Source: Candidatus Woesearchaeota archaeon (GTDB lineage: Archaea > Nanobdellota > Nanobdellia > SCGC-AAA011-G17 > JACPIM01). Taken from it: a stretch of 44,983 nucleotides of DNA. Location of the stretch: positions 19,054 through 64,036 of the forward strand of contig CAYIXS010000001.1 in NCBI GenBank assembly GCA_964367445.1, written 5' to 3'. The position numbers and the translations under genes are program-made. Positions 8,151-17,276 of the stretch are shown here, one piece after another. Numbering within the stretch: position 1 is the stretch's first letter; each line of letters opens with the position of its first letter. The notes beneath the pieces are model-generated. The model searched no databases. It had not been told where the DNA came from and saw only the letters and a list, made by a program, of their open reading frames with translations.

Positions 8151-8704
8151 CTTTGTTGCTCCAAAATTTTTCTTTTTTCTTCTTTTTCTCTCTTTTCTTT
8201 TTCTTCTTGGGTCTCTTCCTTTTGTTGCTTTTCTTGTGCCTGCTTTATTGATTGCTCTTTTGATTTTTTCTTTTTTTCTTCTTCCTTTTGCTTTTTTTCG
8301 TCTTTAATCTTTCTTTCTTCTTCTGTTGTTTTTATATAATTATCAATATGATGTATATTAATAACTTTTAATCCCATTTCTTTGATTTTTTTTAATAGCT
8401 CTAATCTTTTTTTAATACCTAGTGACCTAGATAAAATTATTCCGTGTTTTTTTGTTAAATTTTCTAATTGAGTTATTTTTGAAACAGACACTTGTATTAA
8501 ACCTTCTCTTGATAGTCCTCTAAATTTTCTCGATGTGGCATAACCTATTGATGGCAGAAGACCTTTGCCTTTTCTTTTTCTTCTTAGCTTGGAGTGCATT
8601 CCTTTTGGTGCTCTCCATCCGGTGTTGGCTATCTTTTTAAATATGCGAGCTTGTTGCCTAATGAATCTTGGCTTCTTCTTTCTTGGTTTAGTTAACTGTT
8701 CCAT
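8147..8704 (-). CDS. rpl32e: 50S ribosomal protein L32e with a ~55-aa Lys/Glu-rich C-terminal extension
   Basis: FIRQQARIFKKI..GWRAPKGMHSKLRRK core. The tail EEERKIKDEKKQKEEEKKKKSKEQ..EKEKREKEEKRK is low complexity. Confidence 0.9.
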   Translation of the reverse strand: MEQLTKPRKKKPRFIRQQARIFKKIANTGWRAPKGMHSKLRRKRKGKGLLPSIGYATSRKFRGLSREGLIQVSVSKITQLENLTKKHGIILSRSLGIKKRLELLKKIKEMGLKVINIHHIDNYIKTTEEERKIKDEKKQKEEEKKKKSKEQSIKQAQEKQQKEETQEEKEKREKEEKRKILEQQR

Positions 8705-8713
8705 TTTATTAAC

Positions 8714-9238
8714 CTAAATTTTGAATATTCCATCTTGAAAAACTCTCCTGTCTCTTTTAGTAATTTTTGTTGCTATTTCTATGTTTGCTGCTGACTGCGC
8801 GGTTGCTTCTTTATCCGCACCTGTTAGAGTAATAATATCTGAATCCAATTTAACTAAAACTCCCTGCAAGATTGTTGCTTTTCTTGGAATTTTTTCTCCT
8901 AGAAAATTTGAAATTATGACATTATCCTTATCTTGAGTTACTTTCATTGGAAAATGCCCAGAGCAGACCTTTAGTTTATAGATATATGGATTTTGAACTC
9001 CCAAAATCATATTTTTTATATGGGAATAAAAAGAGTTGACAATTTTTTTAAATTTTCTTGAATTCTTCTTTGATTTTATTACTATCTTGTTTTCACTCAG
9101 ATTCAAACTAACATTTTTAAAGGCAAATCTTCGCTCTATCTCCCCTTTAAGTCCTTTAACTTTTATTAGATCTCCATCTAAACTAATTGATACTGTGCTT
9201 GGTATTATTGCTGTTCTATCAATCGACTTTTTTTCCAT
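8714..9238 (-). CDS. rpl6: 50S ribosomal protein L6 (uL6)
   Basis: Two-domain L6 pattern (IKVKGLKGE..., VCSGHFPMKV); operon order. Confidence 0.95.
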   Translation of the reverse strand: MEKKSIDRTAIIPSTVSISLDGDLIKVKGLKGEIERRFAFKNVSLNLSENKIVIKSKKNSRKFKKIVNSFYSHIKNMILGVQNPYIYKLKVCSGHFPMKVTQDKDNVIISNFLGEKIPRKATILQGVLVKLDSDIITLTGADKEATAQSAANIEIATKITKRDRRVFQDGIFKI

Positions 9239-9239
9239 T

Positions 9240-9632
9240 TTAGTAACAATATGCTATTAGTCTCCCGCCAATTTTTTTCTCTTTTATTTCATGGTGTGTT
9301 AAAATCCCTTTGGATGTTGAAAGTATTAATACCCCGAAACCTTTTGCTGGTAAGAACCTTTTTTCAAATTTCTCTATGTCTTGCAACTTAACTTGATATC
9401 TTGGTTTTATTACACAGCAATCATTAATTTTGTTTGCTAATGTTATTTCTAAAACTGTCCCTTTTGTGGTATTGCTTTCCTTATAACCCAGTATATATCC
9501 TAACTTTTTCAAAATATCTAAAACTGTCTTTATAATCTTTGAACTAGGGTAAACTGTGCAGGATAGTTTGCCTACTTTTTGGGCATTATTTATTTTTGAT
9601 AATGCGTTTGATAATGGGTCGTTTAGAGTCAT
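9240..9632 (-). CDS. rps8: 30S ribosomal protein S8 (uS8)
   Basis: MTLNDPLSNALSKINNA start and GGRLIAYCY end. Confidence 0.95.
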   Translation of the reverse strand: MTLNDPLSNALSKINNAQKVGKLSCTVYPSSKIIKTVLDILKKLGYILGYKESNTTKGTVLEITLANKINDCCVIKPRYQVKLQDIEKFEKRFLPAKGFGVLILSTSKGILTHHEIKEKKIGGRLIAYCY

Positions 9633-9641
9633 TTTTTCTCC

Positions 9642-9872
9642 CTAATTATATTTTTTGAATCCTAAAGATGGAGCACATTCCCTGAAACAGGTTCTACATA
9701 AATTTAAACCGTATTTTTGTATGTGCGCATGCGTTCTGCCGCACCGGACACATTTTTTTAATGATGCCCCTGTTGTTCTTTTTTTAGGAGCGTTGTGTTT
9801 AATGAATTTTCTCCATTTGGTCTGTTTTACTTTTAATTGAGTATATGCTTTCTTATAGCTGCTTGTTGTCAT
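9642..9872 (-). CDS. rps14: 30S ribosomal protein S14 type Z (uS14), with an N-terminal extension
   Basis: Zn ribbon CVRCGR..CRTCFRE; operon order. Confidence 0.9.
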   Translation of the reverse strand: MTTSSYKKAYTQLKVKQTKWRKFIKHNAPKKRTTGASLKKCVRCGRTHAHIQKYGLNLCRTCFRECAPSLGFKKYN

Positions 9873-10381
9873 TCTTCACCTATACTTACTGAATATTTAT
9901 TTTTCATAAATCCTTTTGCTTCCTCTTTTGTTATTTTGTGTTTCTTTGATATTTTTCTCTTCATTATTTTTCTTTCTTTTATCCTAAACCCCGGCCTAGT
10001 GAGAGAAACTGCGGTTTCAAATCCTATTATTCCAATTGATGGATCATATTCCGCGCCTGGAACATCCAGATATTCTGCTATACCAAAAGAAAAATTACCT
10101 TGATCATCAAAATAGGACTCTTTTAGTTTATTTCCCTTTGCTTCAATTAATCTTTTGAGTAAAGCTTCTGCTTTTTTTCCTCTGAGCGTCACTTTACAGC
10201 CAATCTGTAAACCGGGCCTTATATCCCAGCCAGGAATTCTTTTTTTTGTTGTGGTTGTAACTGGTTTTTCTTTGGTTATGTTTTTTAAAAGTTTTAGTGC
10301 TTTGTCTAGTTTATCTCCTGGTCCACCAGTTCCTATATTCATTGTCAGTTTTTCCAACTTTATTTCTTTCATTGGGTTCAT
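9869..10381 (-). CDS. rpl5: 50S ribosomal protein L5 (uL5)
   Basis: [12 protein letters not shown]..., [13 protein letters not shown] motifs. Confidence 0.95.
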   Translation of the reverse strand: MNPMKEIKLEKLTMNIGTGGPGDKLDKALKLLKNITKEKPVTTTTKKRIPGWDIRPGLQIGCKVTLRGKKAEALLKRLIEAKGNKLKESYFDDQGNFSFGIAEYLDVPGAEYDPSIGIIGFETAVSLTRPGFRIKERKIMKRKISKKHKITKEEAKGFMKNKYSVSIGEE

Positions 10382-11058
10382 TTGAACTCCTTGTCTATAA
10401 CGAAAGCATAATCTTTTCTGGTAACTATTTTTTTAGAATCGACATTTAATATAACTCTGTCTTTACTTAAACCCTGAAAATGTTGCAGCTCTTGTAGTAT
10501 ACCAACGGTTCCTTGGTGTTTGCCTTGTGTTAGGTAAACTAGCGCTCCTTTTTCTAATTTTAGGTGTTTTTTAATTATTTTATTTGATAATACTATAGAA
10601 TCCCCAACCTGGCAGGTATTTTTGTCTACTAAAATATTTTTACCATCATATAAGTTTAATTGTAATCTGCCTTTCTTTAATATTTTCTTGCCAATTATTT
10701 TACAAATTTTTGAATCAGAGTCGCTTTTACTTATAGTAATTGCAGATAATTTTCCGTTTCTGTATAAAATTATGTAATATTCATTAAAATTAGGAATGGA
10801 AATTATATCCATCAACCCTATTGGGAATCGGTAATCTTTTCTTACTATGCCATCAACTAAAATTTTACCATCATTTAAAATGTTTTTAACCTCTTTTGTG
10901 GTTGTTGCATGGTTGATAACATCTTTCAAGAGGGTGTTTAGTGTTATTGAATTAAGTAATCTGTGCGGACCGGGCAATGGCCTAGCTATATATTTTCTTT
11001 CTTTCCTAATCTTTATGGGTAATGATCTAGGAATTCTTATTCTTTTCAGATGTGACAT
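10378..11058 (-). CDS. rps4e: 30S ribosomal protein S4e
   Basis: HLKRIRIPRS..PLPGPH start, plus S4 and KOW regions. Confidence 0.95.
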   Translation of the reverse strand: MSHLKRIRIPRSLPIKIRKERKYIARPLPGPHRLLNSITLNTLLKDVINHATTTKEVKNILNDGKILVDGIVRKDYRFPIGLMDIISIPNFNEYYIILYRNGKLSAITISKSDSDSKICKIIGKKILKKGRLQLNLYDGKNILVDKNTCQVGDSIVLSNKIIKKHLKLEKGALVYLTQGKHQGTVGILQELQHFQGLSKDRVILNVDSKKIVTRKDYAFVIDKEFK

Positions 11059-11449
11059 CTTTATTAGACCTCGTTAATGCTTTTACTCTCTCATTATCTT
11101 CTAGATTTAGATCTGTTATTATCAAGTTTGATGGGTGTAGTGGATAAAAAACCTTTGAACCATCTTTTTTAACTAATTGAACTGAATCTATGTACACTTT
11201 GGCTTTTTTTAGATTAACATCAACTACCTTGCCTTTTGTTTTCTTAAACTGCCCCTTTGATACAAGCACTTTATCATCTTTCCTAACTGGAAAGGCCCTT
11301 TTTTTATATTTTGCTCTTAACTCTTTTGATAAGTGTGCTGATAAAAATTTTCTTCTTATGTGCAAAGGAGCGTTAGCTAAATATTTTCTCTGCTTATTTG
11401 GCTTTTTACTGGATTTCCAACTTTTTGAAAATTCTTTCATTTTATACAA
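11027..11449 (-). CDS. rpl24: 50S ribosomal protein L24 (uL24)
   Basis: KQRKYLANAPLHIRRKFLSAHLSKELR plus KOW (VRKDDKVLVSKGQFKKTKGKV). 32-nt overlap with rps4e. Confidence 0.95.
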   Translation of the reverse strand: MYKMKEFSKSWKSSKKPNKQRKYLANAPLHIRRKFLSAHLSKELRAKYKKRAFPVRKDDKVLVSKGQFKKTKGKVVDVNLKKAKVYIDSVQLVKKDGSKVFYPLHPSNLIITDLNLEDNERVKALTRSNKDVTSEKNKNS

Positions 11450-11843
11450 CTATTCCTGCTAATTTAGCTATTCCTGGCCATCTTTCTGTGGCTTCTTTTG
11501 CTATTGGACCTTTAAAAATGGTTCCCTTTGGGTTGCCTTTATCATCTTTTAGAATTGCAACCGAGTTATCTGAGAATCTTATTCTTGTACCGTCTGGTCT
11601 TCTATATTCTCTTCTCTGTCTCACTATTACAGCGGGAACTACTTGTTTTCTCATTTCTTTATCTCCCTTTATGACTGAAACAAAAACTAAATCTCCAATA
11701 CCCGCTGTTGGTTTTCTTCTTTTTACTGTTTTTGAACCTTTTACGGATACTAGCCTAACTAGTTTAGCTCCTGAATTATCGCAGGTGTCCAAAACCGAGC
11801 CATGACATAGCCCTTTAGTTATTCTTGCTCTTAATGCTTTCAT
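11442..11843 (-). CDS. rpl14: 50S ribosomal protein L14 (uL14)
   Basis: GSVLDTCDNSGAKLVRLV motif. Confidence 0.95.
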   Translation of the reverse strand: MKALRARITKGLCHGSVLDTCDNSGAKLVRLVSVKGSKTVKRRKPTAGIGDLVFVSVIKGDKEMRKQVVPAVIVRQRREYRRPDGTRIRFSDNSVAILKDDKGNPKGTIFKGPIAKEATERWPGIAKLAGIVV

Positions 11844-12171
11844 TTTCTACCTTTTCGATTATAACAAAATTTTTTGTTTTTGAAATCGGTCTACATTCTA
11901 TTATCTTTACTTTATCCCCTACTTTGGCATTGATTGATTCTGGATTGTGTACTTGTAATCTTGTTCTTCTTTTTTCAAATCTTTCATATTTGGGAAGCGG
12001 ATAAAGTCTTGTGAACTCTACTCTTGCCGTCTTGGCTGAATTTGTTGATATAACCTTGGCCATGAAAACTCTTCCCCTTAAACTAAGTTTACTAAAGAAT
12101 GGATCGTGAATATCCTTACTTTGCGTTACTGTTGGTGCTTTTACTTTGATACCTATATTTCTTGATTTCAT
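11815..12171 (-). CDS. rps17: 30S ribosomal protein S17 (uS17)
   Basis: KYERFEKRRTRLQVHNP...GDKVKIIECRPISKTK. Confidence 0.95.
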   Translation of the reverse strand: MKSRNIGIKVKAPTVTQSKDIHDPFFSKLSLRGRVFMAKVISTNSAKTARVEFTRLYPLPKYERFEKRRTRLQVHNPESINAKVGDKVKIIECRPISKTKNFVIIEKVENESIKSKNN

Positions 12172-12410
12172 TTTTTGATCCTCTCTTCCGGTCTGCCAAC
12201 TAATTCTTTTCCATCGATTTCTATTTTTCTCCCTTTGAGATTTATTTCCATTTTTGCTTGGTTTTTTATTATTTTTTTAATTCCGTTTTTCGTATCTATT
12301 ATAATCATATTCCTTGTTTCGTCTATTACTTTGCCTTCTATATTTTCAAGGTTGTGATTTGTTGAACTTATTACTTTAATTTCGGATCCTATTAGCTCGT
12401 GTCTTATCAT
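12168..12410 (-). CDS. rnp1: RNase P protein component 1 (Rpp29/Pop4 homologue)
   Basis: 80-aa Sm-like protein (ELIGSEIKVISS..IEGKVIDETRNMIIIDT) in the conserved archaeal slot between rpl29/SUI1 and rps17. Confidence 0.85.
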   Translation of the reverse strand: MIRHELIGSEIKVISSTNHNLENIEGKVIDETRNMIIIDTKNGIKKIIKNQAKMEINLKGRKIEIDGKELVGRPEERIKK

Positions 12411-12719
12411 TTATCTTAATTCTATTGCGCTTGGATCGAAACCTAATTTTATAAGTTCTGTTTTAACCTTGGCCGCGTGGGTTCCTTGTAATTCAATAAC
12501 ATTACCTTTTACTGTGCCGCCACAAGCAAACTTTGATTTCAAGTTTTTTGCCACTTCTTTAATATCCACTTCCTTGCTGTTGATCCCTTCTATCACTGTT
12601 ATCATCTTACCGAATTTTCTTTTTTCTTCCTTAACCTTTATTCTTTGTTCACTCTTGGCTAAATTCTCCCATACGCCTAATTCCTTAGGTAAGCCTGTAA
12701 GTGGGTCTATTTCGCCCAT
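12411..12719 (-). CDS. Translation initiation factor SUI1 (aSUI1/eIF1)
   Basis: RKFGKMITVIEGI....LKSKFACGGTVKGNVIELQG motif. Confidence 0.9.
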   Translation of the reverse strand: MGEIDPLTGLPKELGVWENLAKSEQRIKVKEEKRKFGKMITVIEGINSKEVDIKEVAKNLKSKFACGGTVKGNVIELQGTHAAKVKTELIKLGFDPSAIELR

Positions 12720-12955
12720 TATTTGGTTTTGGCCTCCTTAGTATTTTTTTCGCTTATTTTTGATTTTATATTCTGAACAGTCAATAACCTTGCTATTGTT
12801 CTTTTCAGTAGTCTTATTCTGCCTGGGTTTTCTATTGCTGTGCCGACTGCTCTTTGAGTATTAAGCTTCATTAATTCTTTATTGAATTCAGATATTTTTT
12901 CATTGATAGCTAAAACATTTATATTTTTTAGTTCATTCTTCTTTATTAATGACAT
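12719..12955 (-). CDS. rpl29: 50S ribosomal protein L29 (uL29)
   Basis: ELMKLNTQRAVG..ENPGRIRLLKRTIARLLT. Confidence 0.9.
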   Translation of the reverse strand: MSLIKKNELKNINVLAINEKISEFNKELMKLNTQRAVGTAIENPGRIRLLKRTIARLLTVQNIKSKISEKNTKEAKTK

Positions 12956-13676
12956 TTTCCTTTTTTACCTCGGATCTTTTCTTTCTTTCTTTTTGTTTTT
13001 CCTTTGGCTTTTCTTCATTTTTTATCTCTGCCTTTACTTCTTCCAATTTTTCTTCTTTAATTTCTACTTTCTTTTGTTCTTGAACTTTAGGTTCTATATG
13101 ATCTGGTAATCTTGTATCTGGCAGCATTAAGCTAACTTTAACGCCTACAACTCCGGACTTAAGATTTGCCGCGCTCTCTGCTCTTTTTACTTTTGTAAGT
13201 GCTGTATCTCCGGATTTTTTTAAATACCCAGCCGAGAATCTCCATGATCTTGCTCTTGCGCTAGGAACTTTACCGGATATAACTATTTCAGCACCCATTG
13301 CTCCGGCATCCATCATCATTTGCAAGGTTTTATAACCAACAGATTTAAACCCTTTTGAACCAAACCTTTCTAAAGTAGATACAATTTTATCACAAACAAA
13401 ACTAACATCTAAATAAGGACTTTCAACTTCACCTATTTCTATCTGTGGATTCTCCATTCTAAATTTCTTCTTTAAAACCGAGGTTAGTTTTTGAATTGTC
13501 TCTCCTTTTTTACCTACTACCAAACCCGGGCGTGTAGTATAAACTATTACTTTTTCTCCTAGTGGTGTTCTTTTAACTTCGGTATGTGAATAACCGGTTT
13601 TAGCCAGTTTTGAGGCGATATACTCTTGTATTAAAAACTCCTTTAACTTCTGTTTTACAAATTGTCTTTCAATCAT
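12933..13676 (-). CDS. rps3: 30S ribosomal protein S3 (uS3) with a Lys/Glu-rich C-terminal tail
   Basis: KH domain (VIVYTTRPGLVVGKKGETIQKL). Tail QEQKKVEIKEEKLEEVKAEIKNEEKPKEKQKERKK. Confidence 0.95.
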   Translation of the reverse strand: MIERQFVKQKLKEFLIQEYIASKLAKTGYSHTEVKRTPLGEKVIVYTTRPGLVVGKKGETIQKLTSVLKKKFRMENPQIEIGEVESPYLDVSFVCDKIVSTLERFGSKGFKSVGYKTLQMMMDAGAMGAEIVISGKVPSARARSWRFSAGYLKKSGDTALTKVKRAESAANLKSGVVGVKVSLMLPDTRLPDHIEPKVQEQKKVEIKEEKLEEVKAEIKNEEKPKEKQKERKKRSEVKKENVINKEE

Positions 13677-14134
13677 TTTTTAATTTCCTTGCTTTCTGCT
13701 CTTAATTCAATATGTGTTCTTTTCGTTTTTAATCCTCTTTTCCTTCCATATTTGTGCGGTGTACTGGCTTTATTTGCCATGGCTTTACTTATAATCAAAT
13801 CATTTATACTTAATCCTTGATTCTTTGCGTTTGCTTCTAAACTATTTAACAATATTATGAATTCTTTTGTTGCTTTTTTTGGATAAAAACCCGGGCCCAT
13901 GTTGCCTTTTCTATGCCCTCGGTCTTTATGAAATCTTTTTAACGGTATTGCCTCTTTTTCTTCCATTACTAACTCTAAATATTTCTTTATCTTTGTAATG
14001 GACTTGTATCTAATATAATCACATATTTCGATTGAGTGCTTGGTTGAAATAGGTAAATCCATTCCCCTAACAACCGCTGTATTTTCCTTGTCCATTTTAC
14101 TTTTGTGATAATGCTGAACTTGATTTTGTGGCAC
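13673..14134 (-). CDS. rpl22: 50S ribosomal protein L22 (uL22)
   Basis: [19 protein letters not shown]... The true start may be the internal Met at 14095, which would remove the 38-nt overlap with rps19. Confidence 0.9.
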   Translation of the reverse strand: MPQNQVQHYHKSKMDKENTAVVRGMDLPISTKHSIEICDYIRYKSITKIKKYLELVMEEKEAIPLKRFHKDRGHRKGNMGPGFYPKKATKEFIILLNSLEANAKNQGLSINDLIISKAMANKASTPHKYGRKRGLKTKRTHIELRAESKEIKK

Positions 14135-14486
14135 CTATACCTGGTGCAGAGTGTTGAACTTTCTTCCTTGTTAATGTGAACTCACCTAAATAACGACCCA
14201 ACATTTCTTCATTTATAAAAACAGGAGTCCAATCTTTTCCTGTATATACCAATAATTGTGAACCAATCATCTCTGGCAAGACGATCATATCTCTAACCTG
14301 GGTTTTGATTTGTTTTTTTGAATCCTTAAATTTCTTTATTTTTGCAAGTAACTTTTTTTGCTGGTCTGTTAATCCTCTTAATAATGATCTTCTCTGTCTT
14401 GAAGGAATTAATTTTGCAAATTCTTTTATATCCATTTTTTGTAAATCTGCTAATGTTTTCCCTTTGTAATTAAATTCTTTTGCCAT
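14097..14486 (-). CDS. rps19: 30S ribosomal protein S19 (uS19)
   Basis: [11 protein letters not shown]...[21 protein letters not shown]. Confidence 0.95.
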   Translation of the reverse strand: MAKEFNYKGKTLADLQKMDIKEFAKLIPSRQRRSLLRGLTDQQKKLLAKIKKFKDSKKQIKTQVRDMIVLPEMIGSQLLVYTGKDWTPVFINEEMLGRYLGEFTLTRKKVQHSAPGIGATKSSSALSQK

Positions 14487-15211
14487 TAATTCTTCCTTCC
14501 TGATCTCTTAGGTCTTATCGAGCCAACATTTCTTCCTGGCGGAGCAAATCTTGGAGCTGGTTTGATCTTTGAGTGGTGTCTTCCTCTACCTGAACCATAT
14601 GGGTGATCAACTGCATTCATAGCTACACCAGATGTAATAGGGTAAAGTTTACCGCGCGCCCTCATCAAGAAATGTCTTTTACCTGCTTTAACAAATGGTT
14701 TATCTTTTCTTCCTGCTCCGCAAATTGTTCCTATTGTGGCCCTGCATTCTGACAATATCTTTTTTTGTTTTTTTGATGGCAATTCAACCAGAATTGATTC
14801 GCCTAAATTTGATATTATCCTTGCAGAATTTCCAGAGGTTCTACAAAGTTTTCCGCCATCTCCTGGCATTAGTTCTATGTTATAAATCAAAGTCCCCCCT
14901 GGTATATTTTTTAATGGCAGAGTATTGCCTGTTTTTACCTGTGCTTTTGAACCTGATTCTATGAATTCATTTACTTTTATGTTTTCAGGAGCGAATATAT
15001 ATCCTTGTTCGTTGTTTTCATATTTTATTAATGCTAGGGGAGCTGAATGCCCTGAACAATGGATTAAATCTAAAATTCTTCCCTTAATTAAAGAGGTTTT
15101 TTCTAATTCATCATAATTTCTGTGTTTAACAGCAGCAATCCACCTATGTGAATGAGCTCGGTAAGTAGTTGTTCCCCTTCCTCTACGTTGTTGGATTATT
15201 TGTTTTCCCAT
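14486..15211 (-). CDS. rpl2: 50S ribosomal protein L2 (uL2)
   Basis: [17 protein letters not shown]...[16 protein letters not shown]. Confidence 0.97.
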   Translation of the reverse strand: MGKQIIQQRRGRGTTTYRAHSHRWIAAVKHRNYDELEKTSLIKGRILDLIHCSGHSAPLALIKYENNEQGYIFAPENIKVNEFIESGSKAQVKTGNTLPLKNIPGGTLIYNIELMPGDGGKLCRTSGNSARIISNLGESILVELPSKKQKKILSECRATIGTICGAGRKDKPFVKAGKRHFLMRARGKLYPITSGVAMNAVDHPYGSGRGRHHSKIKPAPRFAPPGRNVGSIRPKRSGRKN

Positions 15212-15212
15212 T

Positions 15213-15464
15213 TTACATTATACCTAACTTAGTTGCAATATCTATCGCGGGAGTATCTTGTGGTAATTTTATATATGCCTTTTTTAAACCTTTTTGAATT
15301 GAAGTATTGACATTTATTATTTTAACTTTAAACATCTCTTCAAAAGCAGTTTTTATTTCATTTTTTGAGGCTTTTTTGTCTACTATGAATATGATTTTAT
15401 TTTCAGATTCCATTAATTTAACTGATTTTTCAGTTGACAATGGATATTTTAATATTTGATTCAT
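15213..15464 (-). CDS. rpl23: 50S ribosomal protein L23 (uL23)
   Basis: LKYPLSTEKSVKLME..IIFIVDKKASKNEIK. Confidence 0.95.
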   Translation of the reverse strand: MNQILKYPLSTEKSVKLMESENKIIFIVDKKASKNEIKTAFEEMFKVKIINVNTSIQKGLKKAYIKLPQDTPAIDIATKLGIM

Positions 15465-16276
15465 TTTTTATTATTTAGGAATAATTTGTTTTTTTCTAGT
15501 GCTTTTATTGAATCTTCTGTATAAATTGTTAATCTGCCCGGAATTGAACCGGGAGCCAATAAATTTACATTTAATTCATTTATTTTTGAAACATCTAATC
15601 CTGGTAAGTTTGAAGCTGATTTCATTAATGGGCATTCTTTTGATACAACAAACAGTATACCTGATTTTGTTTTGTACTTTCTTCCTCTGGATTTTCCTCT
15701 TCCAGATCTGATTTGTTTTTCTTCTGTCCTTGCTAGTTCTTTGTCTAATCCCAATGAAATAAGTATTTTCTTTATGTCTTTCGTTTTATTTTTTGATTCT
15801 ATCTTTGAATCTATTACAATTGATGGTATATCAGTTTTATGGCCTCGTAATTTTATTAAATCTAAATTAAATGTTGCTGCCAGAGCTGATCTAATAGCTT
15901 TTCTTCTTTCTTTAATATTTATTTTTCTAGACCAAATCTTTTCTGATTTTGGGGGGTGGGCTCTTCTACCACCAACTGAAAAGGGGGTTGTTGCTGCCAC
16001 ATAATAAAACTGTGTACCTCTTCTTGTCATAACTTTTCTTGGAACTCTTGAAGCTCCCCTTCCATAGATACCTTTGTATTTCCTTCTTCTTTTAGAAACA
16101 TATGAAGAATATCTTTTACCTGCAAGTTCATAAGCGCCATATGGTGTTCTAGAAGATAATTGTAATGTAATAAATGCTCTTTTGATTAAATCTTGCCTTA
16201 TTGGCTCATCAAACTGAATAGGCAGGGCTATTTGTTTTATTTTTTTTCCTTCTAGATTATATAATTCTGCTTTCAT
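15461..16276 (-). CDS. rpl4: 50S ribosomal protein L4 (uL4)
   Basis: PIRQDLIKRA...GRGASRVPR...; operon order. Confidence 0.95.
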   Translation of the reverse strand: MKAELYNLEGKKIKQIALPIQFDEPIRQDLIKRAFITLQLSSRTPYGAYELAGKRYSSYVSKRRRKYKGIYGRGASRVPRKVMTRRGTQFYYVAATTPFSVGGRRAHPPKSEKIWSRKINIKERRKAIRSALAATFNLDLIKLRGHKTDIPSIVIDSKIESKNKTKDIKKILISLGLDKELARTEEKQIRSGRGKSRGRKYKTKSGILFVVSKECPLMKSASNLPGLDVSKINELNVNLLAPGSIPGRLTIYTEDSIKALEKNKLFLNNKK

Positions 16277-16277
16277 T

Positions 16278-16302
16278 ATAAGGATTCCATCCTTATCAAC
16301 CT
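16278..16302 (-). promoter_or_regulatory. Hairpin element in the rpl3-rpl4 spacer, ending 2 nt before the rpl4 AUG
   Basis: The mRNA sense reads AGGUUGA-UAAGGAU-GGA-AUCCUUA-UA-AUG (7-bp stem, 3-nt loop). This is the only spacer longer than 10 nt between rpl3 and secY. 24/25 identical to 23780-23804. Confidence 0.6.
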
Positions 16303-16316
16303 AAAAAATTGTTTTT

Positions 16317-17276
16317 TCATTGTTTACTGTCCAAGTTTATTGATTTTATTTCTAATTGATGTTGAGTTCTTGCTCTTATTGCCGGGGTAAGTATTATTGT
16401 CCTCTTTGCCGGGCCTGGAATTGAACCCTTAAGAACAATATAATGATTCTTTACTAAACCATAATGTAAAAAACCAGATTTTGGGTTTATCTTTTTTGGA
16501 TCTGAGTCTATCATTAAATTTTGCTTATTATACTCAGTTCTTTGATGGTAACCCATCTGCCCTGCGTGGGCAACTGAAAACAAGACCTTTTTAGGAGTCC
16601 AAGAACCTAGAGAAGCCGGGCCTCTTTTTGTTTTTTCTGCTTTGTGCTGCCTTATTGTAACACCAAATCTCTTAACGGGACCTTGGTAACCTTTGCCTTT
16701 TGTCACGGAGTGAATATCCAGCAACCTAATATCTTTTAAAACTTCTTCTAATCTTATTTCTTTATCTAATAGGGATTTAGCAAATTCTAGTTTTTGTTTA
16801 GTATCCTCTCCTGAAATTGCCACCTCTAATACTTCTGGCCTTTTCTTTCCCAGGCCTGAAAGTTTTGGTTGAGTATAAACTACTAGTTTTAGATCATCAT
16901 ATTCTTTTGGCTCTTCTTTTGTTTTTTTTGGAAGATCCATTTTTCTTTTTAGATCTTTATCAAGTTTTTGGGAGAAAACTTCAGAAATAAGCTTTAAACC
17001 ATCATGAGAATTTTTGTAGAAACGTAAAGAAAGAGGTTTTAATGGTGGACATTCAATAATTGTCACGGGAACTGATATCAGCTGGTTTTTATACATGGTA
17101 TTTGGTGAAAGGTCTCTAGCCATCACGTGAGTCATGCCTGCTTTGTAGCCTATAAAGGCTAATAGCCTAGTTCCATCTAATTTTGGCCAACTTCTTATTC
17201 TTGCATAACTTCTTTTTGCTCTTTTTCTTGGCCAAATCTGTAAACTTCCTCTTCTTGGTCTGTGTATATTTGGCAT
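16317..17276 (-). CDS. rpl3: 50S ribosomal protein L3 (uL3)
   Basis: HRPRRGSLQIWPRKRA start; first gene of the operon. Confidence 0.97.
   Translation of the reverse strand: MPNIHRPRRGSLQIWPRKRAKRSYARIRSWPKLDGTRLLAFIGYKAGMTHVMARDLSPNTMYKNQLISVPVTIIECPPLKPLSLRFYKNSHDGLKLISEVFSQKLDKDLKRKMDLPKKTKEEPKEYDDLKLVVYTQPKLSGLGKKRPEVLEVAISGEDTKQKLEFAKSLLDKEIRLEEVLKDIRLLDIHSVTKGKGYQGPVKRFGVTIRQHKAEKTKRGPASLGSWTPKKVLFSVAHAGQMGYHQRTEYNKQNLMIDSDPKKINPKSGFLHYGLVKNHYIVLKGSIPGPAKRTIILTPAIRARTQHQLEIKSINLDSKQ

Noticed and set aside
8150-8340. T/C-rich simple-sequence stretch (ttcttttt/cttttc motifs), considered as a microsatellite or degenerate repeat array.
   Set aside because: It has no fixed period or spacer structure. 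It is the antisense of the Lys/Glu-rich tail of L32e. No CRISPR-like repeat-spacer organisation occurs anywhere in the window.
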